Source of the DNA: an uncultured Nitrospiraceae bacterium
GTDB taxonomy: Bacteria > Nitrospirota > Nitrospiria > Nitrospirales > Nitrospiraceae
Direction of reading: 5' to 3'
NCBI GenBank assembly: GCA_963730935.1
Contig: CAVSTP010000002.1
Coordinates: 288,001 to 352,000 of the forward strand
DNA length: 64,000 nt
The notes under the pieces were generated by a model. The model did no database searches and had not been told where the DNA came from. It saw only the letters and a list, made by a program, of their open reading frames with translations. Positions 10,554 to 20,269 of this stretch are shown one piece after another (the stretch's first letter is position 1; each line of letters starts with the position of its first letter). The position numbers and the translations under genes were made by a program.

Positions 10554-11213
10554 ATGAAAGCCTGCACTCAGTGTCAGCAGCAGAATCAAGACGACGCAAA
10601 TTTTTGCTATCAATGCGGGAACGACCTGGGAGCATCGAACGACGTTTCGGCCACATCGACGCCCTTTTCCAGTCGCACGGACGAGGACCTGTGGCGTGAT
10701 TTCATCGGTCCGAACGCTGACCGCTTTCTGGAGCAGTTCAAGAAGTTCGGCTCTCCGCAATCACCTCGATTCGCGCTCACGTGGAACTGGCCGGCCTTCC
10801 TGTATGTCTCGTTTCTCTGGTTTCTGTACCGGAAAATGTATCTCTATGCGGCGGTGTATGCGATCGGCCCCATAGTCTCAACCTACCTGACGGGCGATCT
10901 GACGAGCGGGATCGTTTGGAGTGTGGTTGCCGGCGCTACCGCCAACTATGTGTACTACTGGCATTGCCGTGAGAATATTGCTGCCATCAAACAACAAGCC
11001 TGGAATGATCCGACCCAACAGCATGCGGTATTGAAGGAAGAAGGCGGCGTGCAACCGTACGTCATCTGGGTCGGGGTGGTGTTCTATCTGCTCTTTTCGC
11101 TGACGATGTTCAAAATGCTTCAAGAAGGCGCCCTGGATGTCGACAAGGTTCCGAAGAGACCGGCCAAGACGGCTGGCAATGCCGAAGACATTAGCGCTGT
11201 CGTTGCCACGTGA
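10554..11213 (+). CDS. Zinc-ribbon + DUF2628-like membrane protein
   Basis: N-terminal CTQC...FCYQCG; WNWPAFL...WFLYRKMY and ANYVYY motifs. Confidence 0.8.
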   Translation: MKACTQCQQQNQDDANFCYQCGNDLGASNDVSATSTPFSSRTDEDLWRDFIGPNADRFLEQFKKFGSPQSPRFALTWNWPAFLYVSFLWFLYRKMYLYAAVYAIGPIVSTYLTGDLTSGIVWSVVAGATANYVYYWHCRENIAAIKQQAWNDPTQQHAVLKEEGGVQPYVIWVGVVFYLLFSLTMFKMLQEGALDVDKVPKRPAKTAGNAEDISAVVAT

Positions 11214-12015
11214 TCCAAGCCTGAAACCAGCCCCAGTCCTGCTCGTAAGCCGCGCCTCCGGAATCCGCAGCCTCTTGTTTTTGCTCCAATTGTGTATACG
11301 TGCGCGGCCAGTTTTTCTGCCACCAACTCTTGAGTTCATCAGGACCATAGGCCTGTCCGTTCGGGGCGAGGATCCCGGCTGCCGCGCAGAGCGGCGCAAT
11401 GAGCGGCCAGTACCGGTCCTTGCCCAGCCCAAGACTTCGAAAATGCTCCCGCAGCAAGAAGCCCACCCAGAGTTCAGCGCTGTGCTTCTTGTTGTGCTTG
11501 AAAGGCTGTGTTTGTCTCAAGGGTATGGGGTCGAATGCCTTAACGATCGACGTATAGTCCGGTCCGCCATAGCTGCCGGCCGCTTCGGCAATCCCTTCGA
11601 CGATGCTCGAGAGCTCCAATTCGGTCACGGGTGGAGCACTCATGCTTTGGCTGGAGAGACCGTCGGACATGGGGTTGGGCGTCGTCAGCAATTCGATCAA
11701 GGGTTTGAGTTCTCGCAGCCTGGTCGCCGCGGCCTTGAGCATCTGCTCCGATTCGAGCCAGTAATCGGCATCGTTCTTGGTGAGGCGCTCCCGGCCGGCG
11801 GGGGGAAGCACGGTGGGCACCCAGTACCGCATCAGCACGAACAGGATGTAGTCGACTTGTCCGCCGACTTGCCCGATACGATCGAGCAGACTGCCTGTTG
11901 CCGCGGCCTTGAAAAACGCCTCCGCGCGATCGAGTACTTGTAGTCGCGCACCCATGTTGAGCCACCAGCTTTCGACGGCGCGCCAGGGGCTCTCGAACGA
12001 CGGACCTGTGCTCAT
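11191..12015 (-). CDS. Hypothetical protein
   Basis: Long ORF with protein-like composition filling the gap, divergent from gpmA; start at MSTGP assumed. Confidence 0.7.
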   Translation of the reverse strand: MSTGPSFESPWRAVESWWLNMGARLQVLDRAEAFFKAAATGSLLDRIGQVGGQVDYILFVLMRYWVPTVLPPAGRERLTKNDADYWLESEQMLKAAATRLRELKPLIELLTTPNPMSDGLSSQSMSAPPVTELELSSIVEGIAEAAGSYGGPDYTSIVKAFDPIPLRQTQPFKHNKKHSAELWVGFLLREHFRSLGLGKDRYWPLIAPLCAAAGILAPNGQAYGPDELKSWWQKNWPRTYTQLEQKQEAADSGGAAYEQDWGWFQAWITWQRQR

Positions 12016-12143
12016 AATGAATGTATCCTGCTGAAATCGTGCGGCATGGTACTGCCGCAATAGGTCGAAAGCAACGCTTGACTTGGACTCGTGATGCAGT
12101 ATTCTTGGCCGGCGCAGAGTTGATTGACCTGGAGGGACATGCG

Positions 12144-12749
12144 ATGGGACGTCTCGTCTTGCTCCGACACGGGGAGTCGCAATGGAATCTAGAGAACCGG
12201 TTCACCGGCTGGGTGGATGTGCCGCTTTCCTCGCGAGGCATCCAAGAAGCAAAAAATGCTGGTGACAAACTCCGTCCCTACCGATTCGATCGCGCGTTCA
12301 CCTCCGTGTTGCAGCGGGCGAACGAGACGCTTCGACTGGCGCTCGAGGTCATCGGACAGACCACGATTCCGACGGAACGGGACAAGGCGTTGAACGAACG
12401 GATGTATGGAGAACTGCAAGGCCTCAATAAGGCGGAAACGGCCAAAAAGTACGGTGAAGATCAGGTCAAGATCTGGCGTCGCAGTTATGACGTTCGACCG
12501 CCGGGAGGGGAAAGCCTCAAGGACACCGCCGAGCGCGTGTTGCCCTACTTCGCCACGGCAATCAGGCCGCATGTAATCGCAGGCGAAACGATTTTGATCG
12601 CCGCGCACGGGAACAGTCTCCGAGCATTGGTGATGGAACTAGAACAGCTCACGAGGGACCAGGTATTGGAACTCAATATTCCAACGGGCGCCCCTCTACT
12701 CTATGAACTCGACTCGAGCGGACGGGTGACCAGCCACCGGTATCTGTAG
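12144..12749 (+). CDS. gpmA: 2,3-bisphosphoglycerate-dependent phosphoglycerate mutase
   Basis: LLRHGESQWN...NRFTGW, LNERMYG, GESL, AHGNSLR; GGAGG SD upstream. Confidence 0.96.
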   Translation: MGRLVLLRHGESQWNLENRFTGWVDVPLSSRGIQEAKNAGDKLRPYRFDRAFTSVLQRANETLRLALEVIGQTTIPTERDKALNERMYGELQGLNKAETAKKYGEDQVKIWRRSYDVRPPGGESLKDTAERVLPYFATAIRPHVIAGETILIAAHGNSLRALVMELEQLTRDQVLELNIPTGAPLLYELDSSGRVTSHRYL

Positions 12750-12939
12750 CGCAGCCGAGCGCCAGGTAGTCGAACCCTCGCTCTCGCCTCCATCCCTGAG
12801 TGCCCACGAGTGTCTCTTTTCCGGATTCTCGTGGAGACCCTAGTTGTCCTCTTCCAGTCGTGCCTCCATGCTGTAGATCCAGCCAACGGGTGGTTCCGTA
12901 GTGGAAGAGACGAGTCCACCCTTCACCGATGGAGGTTCT

Positions 12940-13305
12940 ATGAAGATCGCATTCTGTTCTCTCGCGCTCGGTGTGCTCTGGTATGTGGCCACGCCGGCCA
13001 TGGCGGATATGGGAAAAGATGCCGGTCCCTTGAAGGCGGCTTCCGGCTCAAAGGCGGAAACTCACATTGCGGCCGGCATTGAACATTACGGCAAGGGACA
13101 TTGGGACGTGGCGAAAAAGCATTTCGCCGAAGCCGAAAAGGCGGATCCTCAGTCGGCTGAGGCGCACTACGATCTTGCGCTGGCGCTCGACAAGGCCGGA
13201 GACCATAAGAGCGCAACAGAGCACTTTCAGCGTGCACAGACGCTCGGGAAAGACAACATGGAGATCCAGCAGTCGGAGATTCTGAAGAAGCACCTCAAGA
13301 TGTAG
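12940..13305 (+). CDS. Exported tetratricopeptide-repeat protein
   Basis: Signal peptide ending PAMA; TPR patterns (DPQSAEAHYDLALAL); GGAGG SD. Confidence 0.8.
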   Translation: MKIAFCSLALGVLWYVATPAMADMGKDAGPLKAASGSKAETHIAAGIEHYGKGHWDVAKKHFAEAEKADPQSAEAHYDLALALDKAGDHKSATEHFQRAQTLGKDNMEIQQSEILKKHLKM

Positions 13306-13323
13306 ACGAGCTGCGGCGGCCGG

Positions 13324-14346
13324 TCAGGCAACTTTGGTCGGCCGCCACCTGAGCCCGGCATTCAATAATTCCTGGAGCAGCTCATCGTACTCGTAATCGG
13401 CGCTTTCCGCGGAATCGGCAAAATCTTCATTGCGCGCAATTTGTGGATTCGGATTGGCTTCGAGTACATACAGGACCCCCTGCGCATCCATCCGCAAGTC
13501 GATGCGGGCGTAGCCGCTCAATCCCAGCGCGCGGTATACCCGCTTGGCAAGGTACTGGATCTCCTCTGCCTTTCCCGCCGGAAGATTTTTCGCCTTCTCC
13601 GAAGTAATGCCGTACTTGTCCTGATACTTTCGACTCCACTTCACCCGTTCAGTCGCAATTCTGCGGGTGTCCTCAGGCAGGTTGTCCATCTTGAGTTCCC
13701 ATACCGGCAACGCTTGAAGGCGGCCGTTGCCGATGACACCGACGTAAAGCTCCCGCCCTTCGATGTAGCGTTCGATTAGCGCACCGGTGCCCACGCTTTC
13801 GTGAATGAATGCCACGCGCTCTTTCAGTTTCCCGTCGTCTTCCACGATAGATGCCTGGGAGATGCCGAGAGAGGCTTCTTCGGTGATGGATTTGACAATC
13901 AGCGGGAACGAGAGCCACGTCGGACGCTTGACCGTCCGACCTTGGGGCGCCACGATAAAATCCGGAAACGGAATGCGGTGAAACGAAAACAATTTCTTCG
14001 CCAGCACCTTGTCGCGGGCCAGCATCAACCCTCGAGGATTGCAGCCGGTGTATGGGACGCGCAGCAGTTCCAAATACGAAACGACGTTTTGGTCATACAC
14101 CGCGAGGCCGTCAAATTCTTCGAGCAGGTTAAAGGCGATGTGGGGACGCCATTCCTCGATCGCGGCCCGAATGACGCCGAGATCGCTCTTCACCCCAAGC
14201 GGCCTGACGTCGTGCCCCAGTGCCCGCAGGGTGGTCACCACATCGTATTCCGTTCTCCACTCGGCGTTGGACGGATCATGACCATTGAGAGGGTCTGGCG
14301 GAACTAAGTCACCATGCATGAGGACGAGGACGCGCAGTCGTCTCAT
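13324..14346 (-). CDS. D-Ala-D-Ala ligase-like ATP-grasp protein
   Basis: FNLLE, PYTG, DK, IVKS...EASLGI, ERYIEGRE, YARIDLR, LEANPNP. Confidence 0.9.
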   Translation of the reverse strand: MRRLRVLVLMHGDLVPPDPLNGHDPSNAEWRTEYDVVTTLRALGHDVRPLGVKSDLGVIRAAIEEWRPHIAFNLLEEFDGLAVYDQNVVSYLELLRVPYTGCNPRGLMLARDKVLAKKLFSFHRIPFPDFIVAPQGRTVKRPTWLSFPLIVKSITEEASLGISQASIVEDDGKLKERVAFIHESVGTGALIERYIEGRELYVGVIGNGRLQALPVWELKMDNLPEDTRRIATERVKWSRKYQDKYGITSEKAKNLPAGKAEEIQYLAKRVYRALGLSGYARIDLRMDAQGVLYVLEANPNPQIARNEDFADSAESADYEYDELLQELLNAGLRWRPTKVA

Positions 14347-15404
14347 ACCGCCACCTTGTGACGTCCGCTGCGTAAATAGTTCATTGTGTGGACCGTCAAG
14401 AGGATCGTAAAGTCGAGCTTCGCCTGTTCCTCATCGATCGGCAGGCGCAACCGCAGTTCGCGGCATCGTTCGATCATGTCTTCGAGCACTTGATCGATCG
14501 TGTACTGATACTCACCCGTCCAACTGGCAACCTTGCGGCGGACCTCACGCCGAAATCGGTTTAAGAATGCGGCGGCGCTCATCTTGTCTCCGTGGACGGA
14601 GTCATCCGAAAAGAGCCGCTTCAAATCTGGGTCATAGGAGGACGATCTCGCGACCCCATAATGTCCGCGCTTGCGTGCGTAGTGCTCACGGAGAGTTCGC
14701 TTGAGCATGGGCAACGGATCCACCTGCTCTGTCGTGGTCACGACCGGCGGCACACCGGCCAGTCCCTTCATGAGACTGTCCATGTATTGGAGCTTTCGCA
14801 TGACAGGCCATCCCTTGTACCGGTCGGCCCACAGCGAGTTCGGCGTCAACCACACGGCGAATGTCTCGGCAAAGTCTTCATCGGGATGGCTTTGCGCGTA
14901 CCATACATCCAGGTGCCGCACAAAGCTGCGGCTGTAGGGTCGAGGACTGTAATACTTGGGATAGGGGTCTGAAGAGCGTCCAAAGATGCGTTGTCTGCCA
15001 CGCGAGCGGCGGATCCGGTACGCGTTCTCGATGGCATGCCCAGCCTCATGCCGAAGGATGCGCATGCACCACTCCGCGGTGCCGCCCTCGACTTCGAGCA
15101 TCTGTGCCAGCTCGAGTCTCTCCAACCTCGGATGAGCAAGATAGAACGGGATGGCAATGCCCGGCACGCCGTCCGGCGTGAACCATTCGTTCGAAATCCA
15201 GAAATGTGGACGAAAGCAGAGGTGCTTGGCCTCAAGCTCCTGTTCGAGCTGACGAATATGGCGCGACAAAAAGGGACTCTCGATTGTGACGTTGAGACGG
15301 CACATGGGAAGATCGAGCAGCTTTTCATCGGACCAGGACACCCACGCAGGCTCGCGCTGACTGAGATCAGAGGGAGTTCGGTTTTTCGGATGCGCTCGCG
15401 CCAT
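14343..15404 (-). CDS. Putative zinc-binding metallopeptidase (Peptidase_Mx-like)
   Basis: HEAGH (HExxH) and YAQSHPDEDFAETFA motifs; ATGA overlap with the ATP-grasp gene. Confidence 0.85.
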   Translation of the reverse strand: MARAHPKNRTPSDLSQREPAWVSWSDEKLLDLPMCRLNVTIESPFLSRHIRQLEQELEAKHLCFRPHFWISNEWFTPDGVPGIAIPFYLAHPRLERLELAQMLEVEGGTAEWCMRILRHEAGHAIENAYRIRRSRGRQRIFGRSSDPYPKYYSPRPYSRSFVRHLDVWYAQSHPDEDFAETFAVWLTPNSLWADRYKGWPVMRKLQYMDSLMKGLAGVPPVVTTTEQVDPLPMLKRTLREHYARKRGHYGVARSSSYDPDLKRLFSDDSVHGDKMSAAAFLNRFRREVRRKVASWTGEYQYTIDQVLEDMIERCRELRLRLPIDEEQAKLDFTILLTVHTMNYLRSGRHKVAV

Positions 15405-15605
15405 ACCTTCCCCAGAGCATTATACACTTACTGAAATATAGCAGGTCGAGCGTTGACGAGGACCTGGCGGCTTGGACCGAGGGAGAAATTGTTTTCTTCC
15501 GCCCAAGAATGAACCGGAAGTAGCAACATCAGAGCTGGCCGGTCGGGCGGCGATGCACCGCCAGCATTCGACAGCGGATCGATCGAACGCGTAGAATGGG
15601 TTCCG

Positions 15606-16487
15606 ATGTCGCCGATCAGTCATTTCCGTCCGATACTGCCGAGATTGGACGACGCCACCGAACAGTTGCAAACGCGACTGCTCCGTCAGGTTGGGCAAAC
15701 GATCAGCGAGTATGGTTTGATCGAAGCCGGCGACAAAGTCATGGTGTGCCTCTCGGGCGGGAAGGACAGTTATGGGCTGTTGGATCTTCTCCTCGTGCTC
15801 CAGCGTCGGGCCCCTGTCCGGTTTGATCTCATCGCCGTCAACCTGGACCAGAAGCAACCCGGCTTCCCCGCACACGTCTTGCCGGAATATCTCACGTCGG
15901 TGGGGATTCCGTTTCGCATCGAAACACGGGACACCTATTCGATCGTCAAACGCCTCATCCCTGAAGGACAGACGACCTGTTCACTTTGCTCGCGGCTGCG
16001 TCGTGGTCATCTCTACCGCGTCGCCACTGAACTGGGGGCCACCAAGATTGCTCTGGGCCATCACCGTGACGACATTCTCGAAACGCTATTGATGAATCTG
16101 TTGTTCACCGGAAAACTCAAAGCCATGCCACCCAAGCTCCGTTCGAAAGACGGGCGGCATCTCGTCATTCGTCCCCTCGCGGCCGTCCGCGAGGCCGATC
16201 TTGCCCTGTATGCGGAACGGCGCGGGTTCCCGATTATTCCTTGCGATCTTTGCGGTTCCCAAGAGGATCTCAAGCGGAAGCAGGCGAAGACGTTCCTGCA
16301 GGAGTGGGAACGGCGTGCGCCCGGCTGTACCGACAGCATGTTCGCGGCGCTGTCAAACGTTGCCCCATCCCTCCTCCTGGACGGGAAACTTTTCGATTTC
16401 CGCTCTTTGGCCCTGGAGGATGCCGTCTACGGAGATGAAGACGGCTGGTTAGATCAGAAAGCGCCTAGCTCTTCAACCTGCTCGTAA
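15606..16487 (+). CDS. ttcA: tRNA 2-thiocytidine(32) synthetase
   Basis: SGGKDS PP-loop, [35 protein letters not shown]. Confidence 0.96.
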   Translation: MSPISHFRPILPRLDDATEQLQTRLLRQVGQTISEYGLIEAGDKVMVCLSGGKDSYGLLDLLLVLQRRAPVRFDLIAVNLDQKQPGFPAHVLPEYLTSVGIPFRIETRDTYSIVKRLIPEGQTTCSLCSRLRRGHLYRVATELGATKIALGHHRDDILETLLMNLLFTGKLKAMPPKLRSKDGRHLVIRPLAAVREADLALYAERRGFPIIPCDLCGSQEDLKRKQAKTFLQEWERRAPGCTDSMFAALSNVAPSLLLDGKLFDFRSLALEDAVYGDEDGWLDQKAPSSSTCS

Positions 16488-17001
16488 ATAGCTTGCGAAA
16501 TTTTGCGACCTTCGGCCCCACCACGGCCGTGCAGTAGCCCTGAAACGGATTCCGCGCAAAATATTCCTGGTGATAGGGCTCGGCTTCATGCCACGTGGCG
16601 GCGACGACGAGCTCTGTCACGATCGGATTGGAGTACACATGATCTCGAGTCAATGACGCCATCACGTCCTCGGCGATTCGCTTCTGCTCGGGACTGTGGT
16701 AATAAATTGCAGAGCGATACTGAGTGCCGACATCGTGCCCCTGACGGTTCAGCGTGGTTGGGTCATGAATGACGAAGAAGATCTCCAGGAGTTCGCGATA
16801 ATTGACCACGTCTGGGTCGAAGGAAACTTTGACTGCCTCAGCATGCCCGGTGCGTCCGCCGCAGACCGCCTCATACGTCGGTCGCTCCGTGTGACCGCCC
16901 GTATACCCGGATTCCACCGTCCGTACACCCTTCAGTTGATCATAAACGGCTTCTAGACACCAGAAGCATCCCCCCGCAAGTGTCGCGACCTCTTCTCTCA
17001 T
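16465..17001 (-). CDS. msrA: Peptide-methionine (S)-S-oxide reductase
   Basis: [27 protein letters not shown]. Confidence 0.96.
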   Translation of the reverse strand: MREEVATLAGGCFWCLEAVYDQLKGVRTVESGYTGGHTERPTYEAVCGGRTGHAEAVKVSFDPDVVNYRELLEIFFVIHDPTTLNRQGHDVGTQYRSAIYYHSPEQKRIAEDVMASLTRDHVYSNPIVTELVVAATWHEAEPYHQEYFARNPFQGYCTAVVGPKVAKFRKLFTSRLKS

Positions 17002-17145
17002 GATGCGTTTCAGACCTTTCCAGCATCCGCCAGTTTCAATACACGAGGACGCAACCACCGGCCGGCGGCGCCAACAGGCACTCGATGTATAGCATAGGAA
17101 AAGGCACGCTAGCGAGACAGGAAGAAGGCAAAGACTGGGAAGGGA

Positions 17146-17502
17146 CTAGCGTCTTCCGGGTTTGAGATTGGCGATCAGTTGCCTGAGCTTCGCCCGTTCA
17201 TCCGGATGCATAGCGGTAAATTCCAGGCCGAAGACATTCCCTTTGACCCAGCGAACCTGCGCCTCGTCTATGCGCAACGGCCAACTTAGCCCGGGCGCGT
17301 AAATTCTACATTCAAATGCCGCATTGGACACCACCGGCTGATCGGATTCGATGCGGCATCCGCCGTCCGAGAGGTCCAGGGTTTTTCCTTGCCCTTCGCG
17401 CTGCCCACCCGAGAAGGTACTGCGAAACTGGGCGGTAAAGCGTGGGTGCATTCTCTTTTCTGTTCCGCGATCCTTTTTCAGTACCTGAGCTTTCATTGCC
17501 AT
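17146..17502 (-). CDS. PilZ domain protein
   Basis: RMHPR (RxxxR) and DLSDGG (DxSxxG) c-di-GMP-binding motifs. Confidence 0.88.
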   Translation of the reverse strand: MAMKAQVLKKDRGTEKRMHPRFTAQFRSTFSGGQREGQGKTLDLSDGGCRIESDQPVVSNAAFECRIYAPGLSWPLRIDEAQVRWVKGNVFGLEFTAMHPDERAKLRQLIANLKPGRR

Positions 17503-17603
17503 CGATACTCACCTCCACCATCGTGGTACCGAGCACAAATGACGCACCCCGACGCTCTCACGAAGAGAATTCGTCGGGGCGCCTCGATGCCTTCTTGAGG
17601 AGC

Positions 17604-18275
17604 CTATTTCTTTTTCAACAGGACATGTCCGCGCCGATTGAGCTGATAGCAGGATTCGTCGTGTTCCGTGCAGAAGGGACGTTCTTTGCCATACGACACA
17701 ATGCCGACCTGCTTGGGATGGACACCCAGTTCGGTGAGATACATGCGAGCGCTCTTCGAACGTTTGTCCCCTAACACCATGTTGTAATCGGTCGTTCCTC
17801 GTTCATCGCAGTGACCCTCGACCTTCAGCACCGATCCTGGATGGTCCTTCAACCACCTGGCGTTGTAATTCAATGCCTCCCTTCCGGAGTCTGACAAGGT
17901 CCATTCGTCGTACCCGAAGAACACGTCCTTCAGACCTGCCTCCATGGCTGCTTGTTCTTCTCTTGTTAATTCCGCGCGGTGACGACTCCCGGCAGTCGCT
18001 GGAGAGATGGATGCAATGCCGCCGCCGTGAGCCAGGTACTCATCCCCTGGGTTCTGAGAAAATCCCCTCAGCTCGCTGGGGGTAGTGCCTTGCGTGAGAC
18101 CCGGGAAATTGGGATTGACGCCCTGGCCGTTCCATCCGGACGCTCCTCCTTCGCGGGTGGCCCCGGCCGTTTGGTCGCCATCCGACTGTAACCATTTCAT
18201 GCCGCAACCCGATGCGCCCAATGTCATTACGCCCAAAGCCGCCACCAGAACGGTTTTTCCGAGACTGACCTTCAT
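17604..18275 (-). CDS. Pal/OmpA-family peptidoglycan-associated lipoprotein
   Basis: Lipobox ASGC; VEGHCDERGTTDYN, VSYGKERP, LNRR motifs. Confidence 0.9.
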   Translation of the reverse strand: MKVSLGKTVLVAALGVMTLGASGCGMKWLQSDGDQTAGATREGGASGWNGQGVNPNFPGLTQGTTPSELRGFSQNPGDEYLAHGGGIASISPATAGSRHRAELTREEQAAMEAGLKDVFFGYDEWTLSDSGREALNYNARWLKDHPGSVLKVEGHCDERGTTDYNMVLGDKRSKSARMYLTELGVHPKQVGIVSYGKERPFCTEHDESCYQLNRRGHVLLKKK

Positions 18276-18452
18276 GGTATCCCCCATCATTTTTGGGTGA
18301 AGCTGCACTAAAACAACTATAGCACCACCACCACGGACGAGCCGTTGACTCCGACAGAGGATGACAACACGCTGAAATATCGGGAGTTTAAGGTAATGGG
18401 GAAAGGGAGGGAAACTGCCGGGCGGACGGGGATCCTACGCTCAGGGAGAGGT

Positions 18453-18599
18453 CTAGAACTGGGCGGACCGCCGGTCAGCCCAACGGACCGGCCGCATCAC
18501 TGTCCCCAATGCCGCGACTGCGCAAATCATCGCCAGCATCAGAAGACCTAGCATGAGGAAGAACGCACCCCGCACATCGTGGAGGATAACATGGTTCAT
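18453..18599 (-). CDS. Small hydrophobic protein
   Basis: GGAGG upstream, one TM-like segment. Confidence 0.35.
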   Translation of the reverse strand: MNHVILHDVRGAFFLMLGLLMLAMICAVAALGTVMRPVRWADRRSAQF

Positions 18600-19022
18600 T
18601 TCATTGCCCTCCTTTTTCCGATCAGCATCTATCGGGTGTGCCACCCGCAGCTACAAAACCAGGGAGACATTGGATCACGCTTTGTCAGCAAGCGCCGACA
18701 ACAAGGGCAGTGTCTTGTCCATACCTGCCTCCCGCTTTGATCCCTGCCTCCCTCTGGCGTGCCCTCAGGGGATCTTACGAGGTGTTGTCTATAGATTACC
18801 ACTTTAAGGGTCCTCCGTCTTTGGAAAGGACCTGACTGACCTGACTTCAGCCTACAACGAGACAGGGGGAAAATCCATGCAGCTTTAGGTGGGGAAGGCA
18901 GCGCTGCCCCCCTCATAGGTCGGTGCCGAATCTGCCCGGGCCGCTGTCCTCTTTCTGGCAAGACCCCAGGAACGCCGATTCGCCTTACACTCCCGCAGAA
19001 GGGGCTTCGGGGTCGCTTGACG

Positions 19023-19250
19023 CTACGCTGCGTCAAGCTCAACATCCATGAGGTTGTCCAGCGCGCGTTGGACAGCGGCTGAGATGACCGGTTGCTCGGC
19101 TTTGGGGATATACTTCGCCAGCTGGGCAGGGGAGTACACGTGTGCATGATACTCCTGCTCCAACTCCTTTTTGGCAAGGGCATTGCCTTTCGCAGCCAAC
19201 CGCAGCAGGGCACGACGATGTTCGACTTCTTCCTCCATTGTATTCCACAT
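19023..19250 (-). CDS. Hypothetical protein
   Basis: GGAGG SD, helical composition, 12 bp after the upstream ORF. Confidence 0.6.
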   Translation of the reverse strand: MWNTMEEEVEHRRALLRLAAKGNALAKKELEQEYHAHVYSPAQLAKYIPKAEQPVISAAVQRALDNLMDVELDAA

Positions 19251-19262
19251 AGATACCCTCCC

Positions 19263-19523
19263 TTATGGTTCGGCTAAGACGCCGACTACCGGCAGATCTT
19301 GGGAGCCGCTTCTCTTGTCCTGTGCGGCTTGCTTGACTCGTTCAACCGCCACATTCGTGGGCAGAAATACAGAGAGCAGGACAAGCAAGCCTAGCAGTAG
19401 AAGTACCAATCCCACCGCTGTCCAGTCGCTGCGCCATTGTACCCGGCGGACCGCTCGTCGAGCGGATCGCCTTTGCAGCCAGAGAGAATGCCCGACCTGC
19501 GGATCTTGCGACAATGAAGCCAT
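19263..19523 (-). CDS. Small membrane protein
   Basis: One strong TM segment, GGGAG SD, sigma54-like promoter upstream. Confidence 0.55.
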   Translation of the reverse strand: MASLSQDPQVGHSLWLQRRSARRAVRRVQWRSDWTAVGLVLLLLGLLVLLSVFLPTNVAVERVKQAAQDKRSGSQDLPVVGVLAEP

Positions 19524-19579
19524 GGATATCTCCCTCGAAGGTGCTTGTCCACCTGCTTGCGGCTCCCGCCCGTCAGCTA

Positions 19580-19596
19580 GGCAAGGCGCATGCCTT
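19580..19596 (-). promoter_or_regulatory. Sigma54 -24/-12 promoter candidate
   Basis: Minus strand AGGCATGCGCCTTGC (GG-N10-GC with TTGC), about 57 bp upstream of the 19523 start. Confidence 0.55.
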
Positions 19597-19914
19597 CTTA
19601 CGATATCGCTAAAAGCTTGGGAGAACCAATGATTTCCTAGGTTGCCCTGTGTAATGGGATAACTTGTCCAGGGCTAGGAGATAAATTGTCCCGTGCATGG
19701 AGATGAAACTCCTGGGTGCTGCTCATGTTCCTGTAGTCTCCTCCGCAATTCCTCGAAAGAGCTAGAGTAGGACCCTATGAGGATGTCAAATCCTCTGTTT
19801 GATACTTCCCATTAGGAAAACTTTACGCTGCCAACTCGGGAACTTTACCTGGGTTAGAGAGCCCTCTAACATGGCCAGATTGCGACCATGCTACCTTTCT
19901 CACAGGAGGTAGAA

Positions 19915-20178
19915 ATGTCTCGTAGGCGAATGCGGCGGAACGATCTCATTTGGAACGGCAGCGACTGGCGTCGAGGGTGGGAAATAGCCCTGATGCGGAT
20001 TCGTGGGGTCCCTACCGCGGTTTCAGAGAAACTGGCCTATCATCACGCGATCGATATGCTCGACGGCGCCTTTGCAAGAGGCGATGCATTTCAATTTCAG
20101 CTCGGGATCATTATGATCTTGGATTGTTGCAACGAAGCGATTGAAGGGGGCGACTGTTCTCAGTGGTGGGTCGACTAG
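19915..20178 (+). CDS. Small hypothetical protein (paralog of 51592-51864)
   Basis: CAGGAGGT SD; aligns with the 51.6 kb ORF including LDGAF and GDCxQWW. Confidence 0.75.
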   Translation: MSRRRMRRNDLIWNGSDWRRGWEIALMRIRGVPTAVSEKLAYHHAIDMLDGAFARGDAFQFQLGIIMILDCCNEAIEGGDCSQWWVD

Positions 20179-20269
20179 CAGGCCTCTATGCCGCCAGCTA
20201 GAGTTTTGAGCGAAATCCCAACGACAGTCCGGTTCGTACCTCGCAGGCACACGGTCTACCATTCGCTGA

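Noticed and set aside
13324..14346. Assigning the symbol ddl
   Set aside because: N-terminus lacks the typical GGxSxE motif and the context is not a cell-wall cluster
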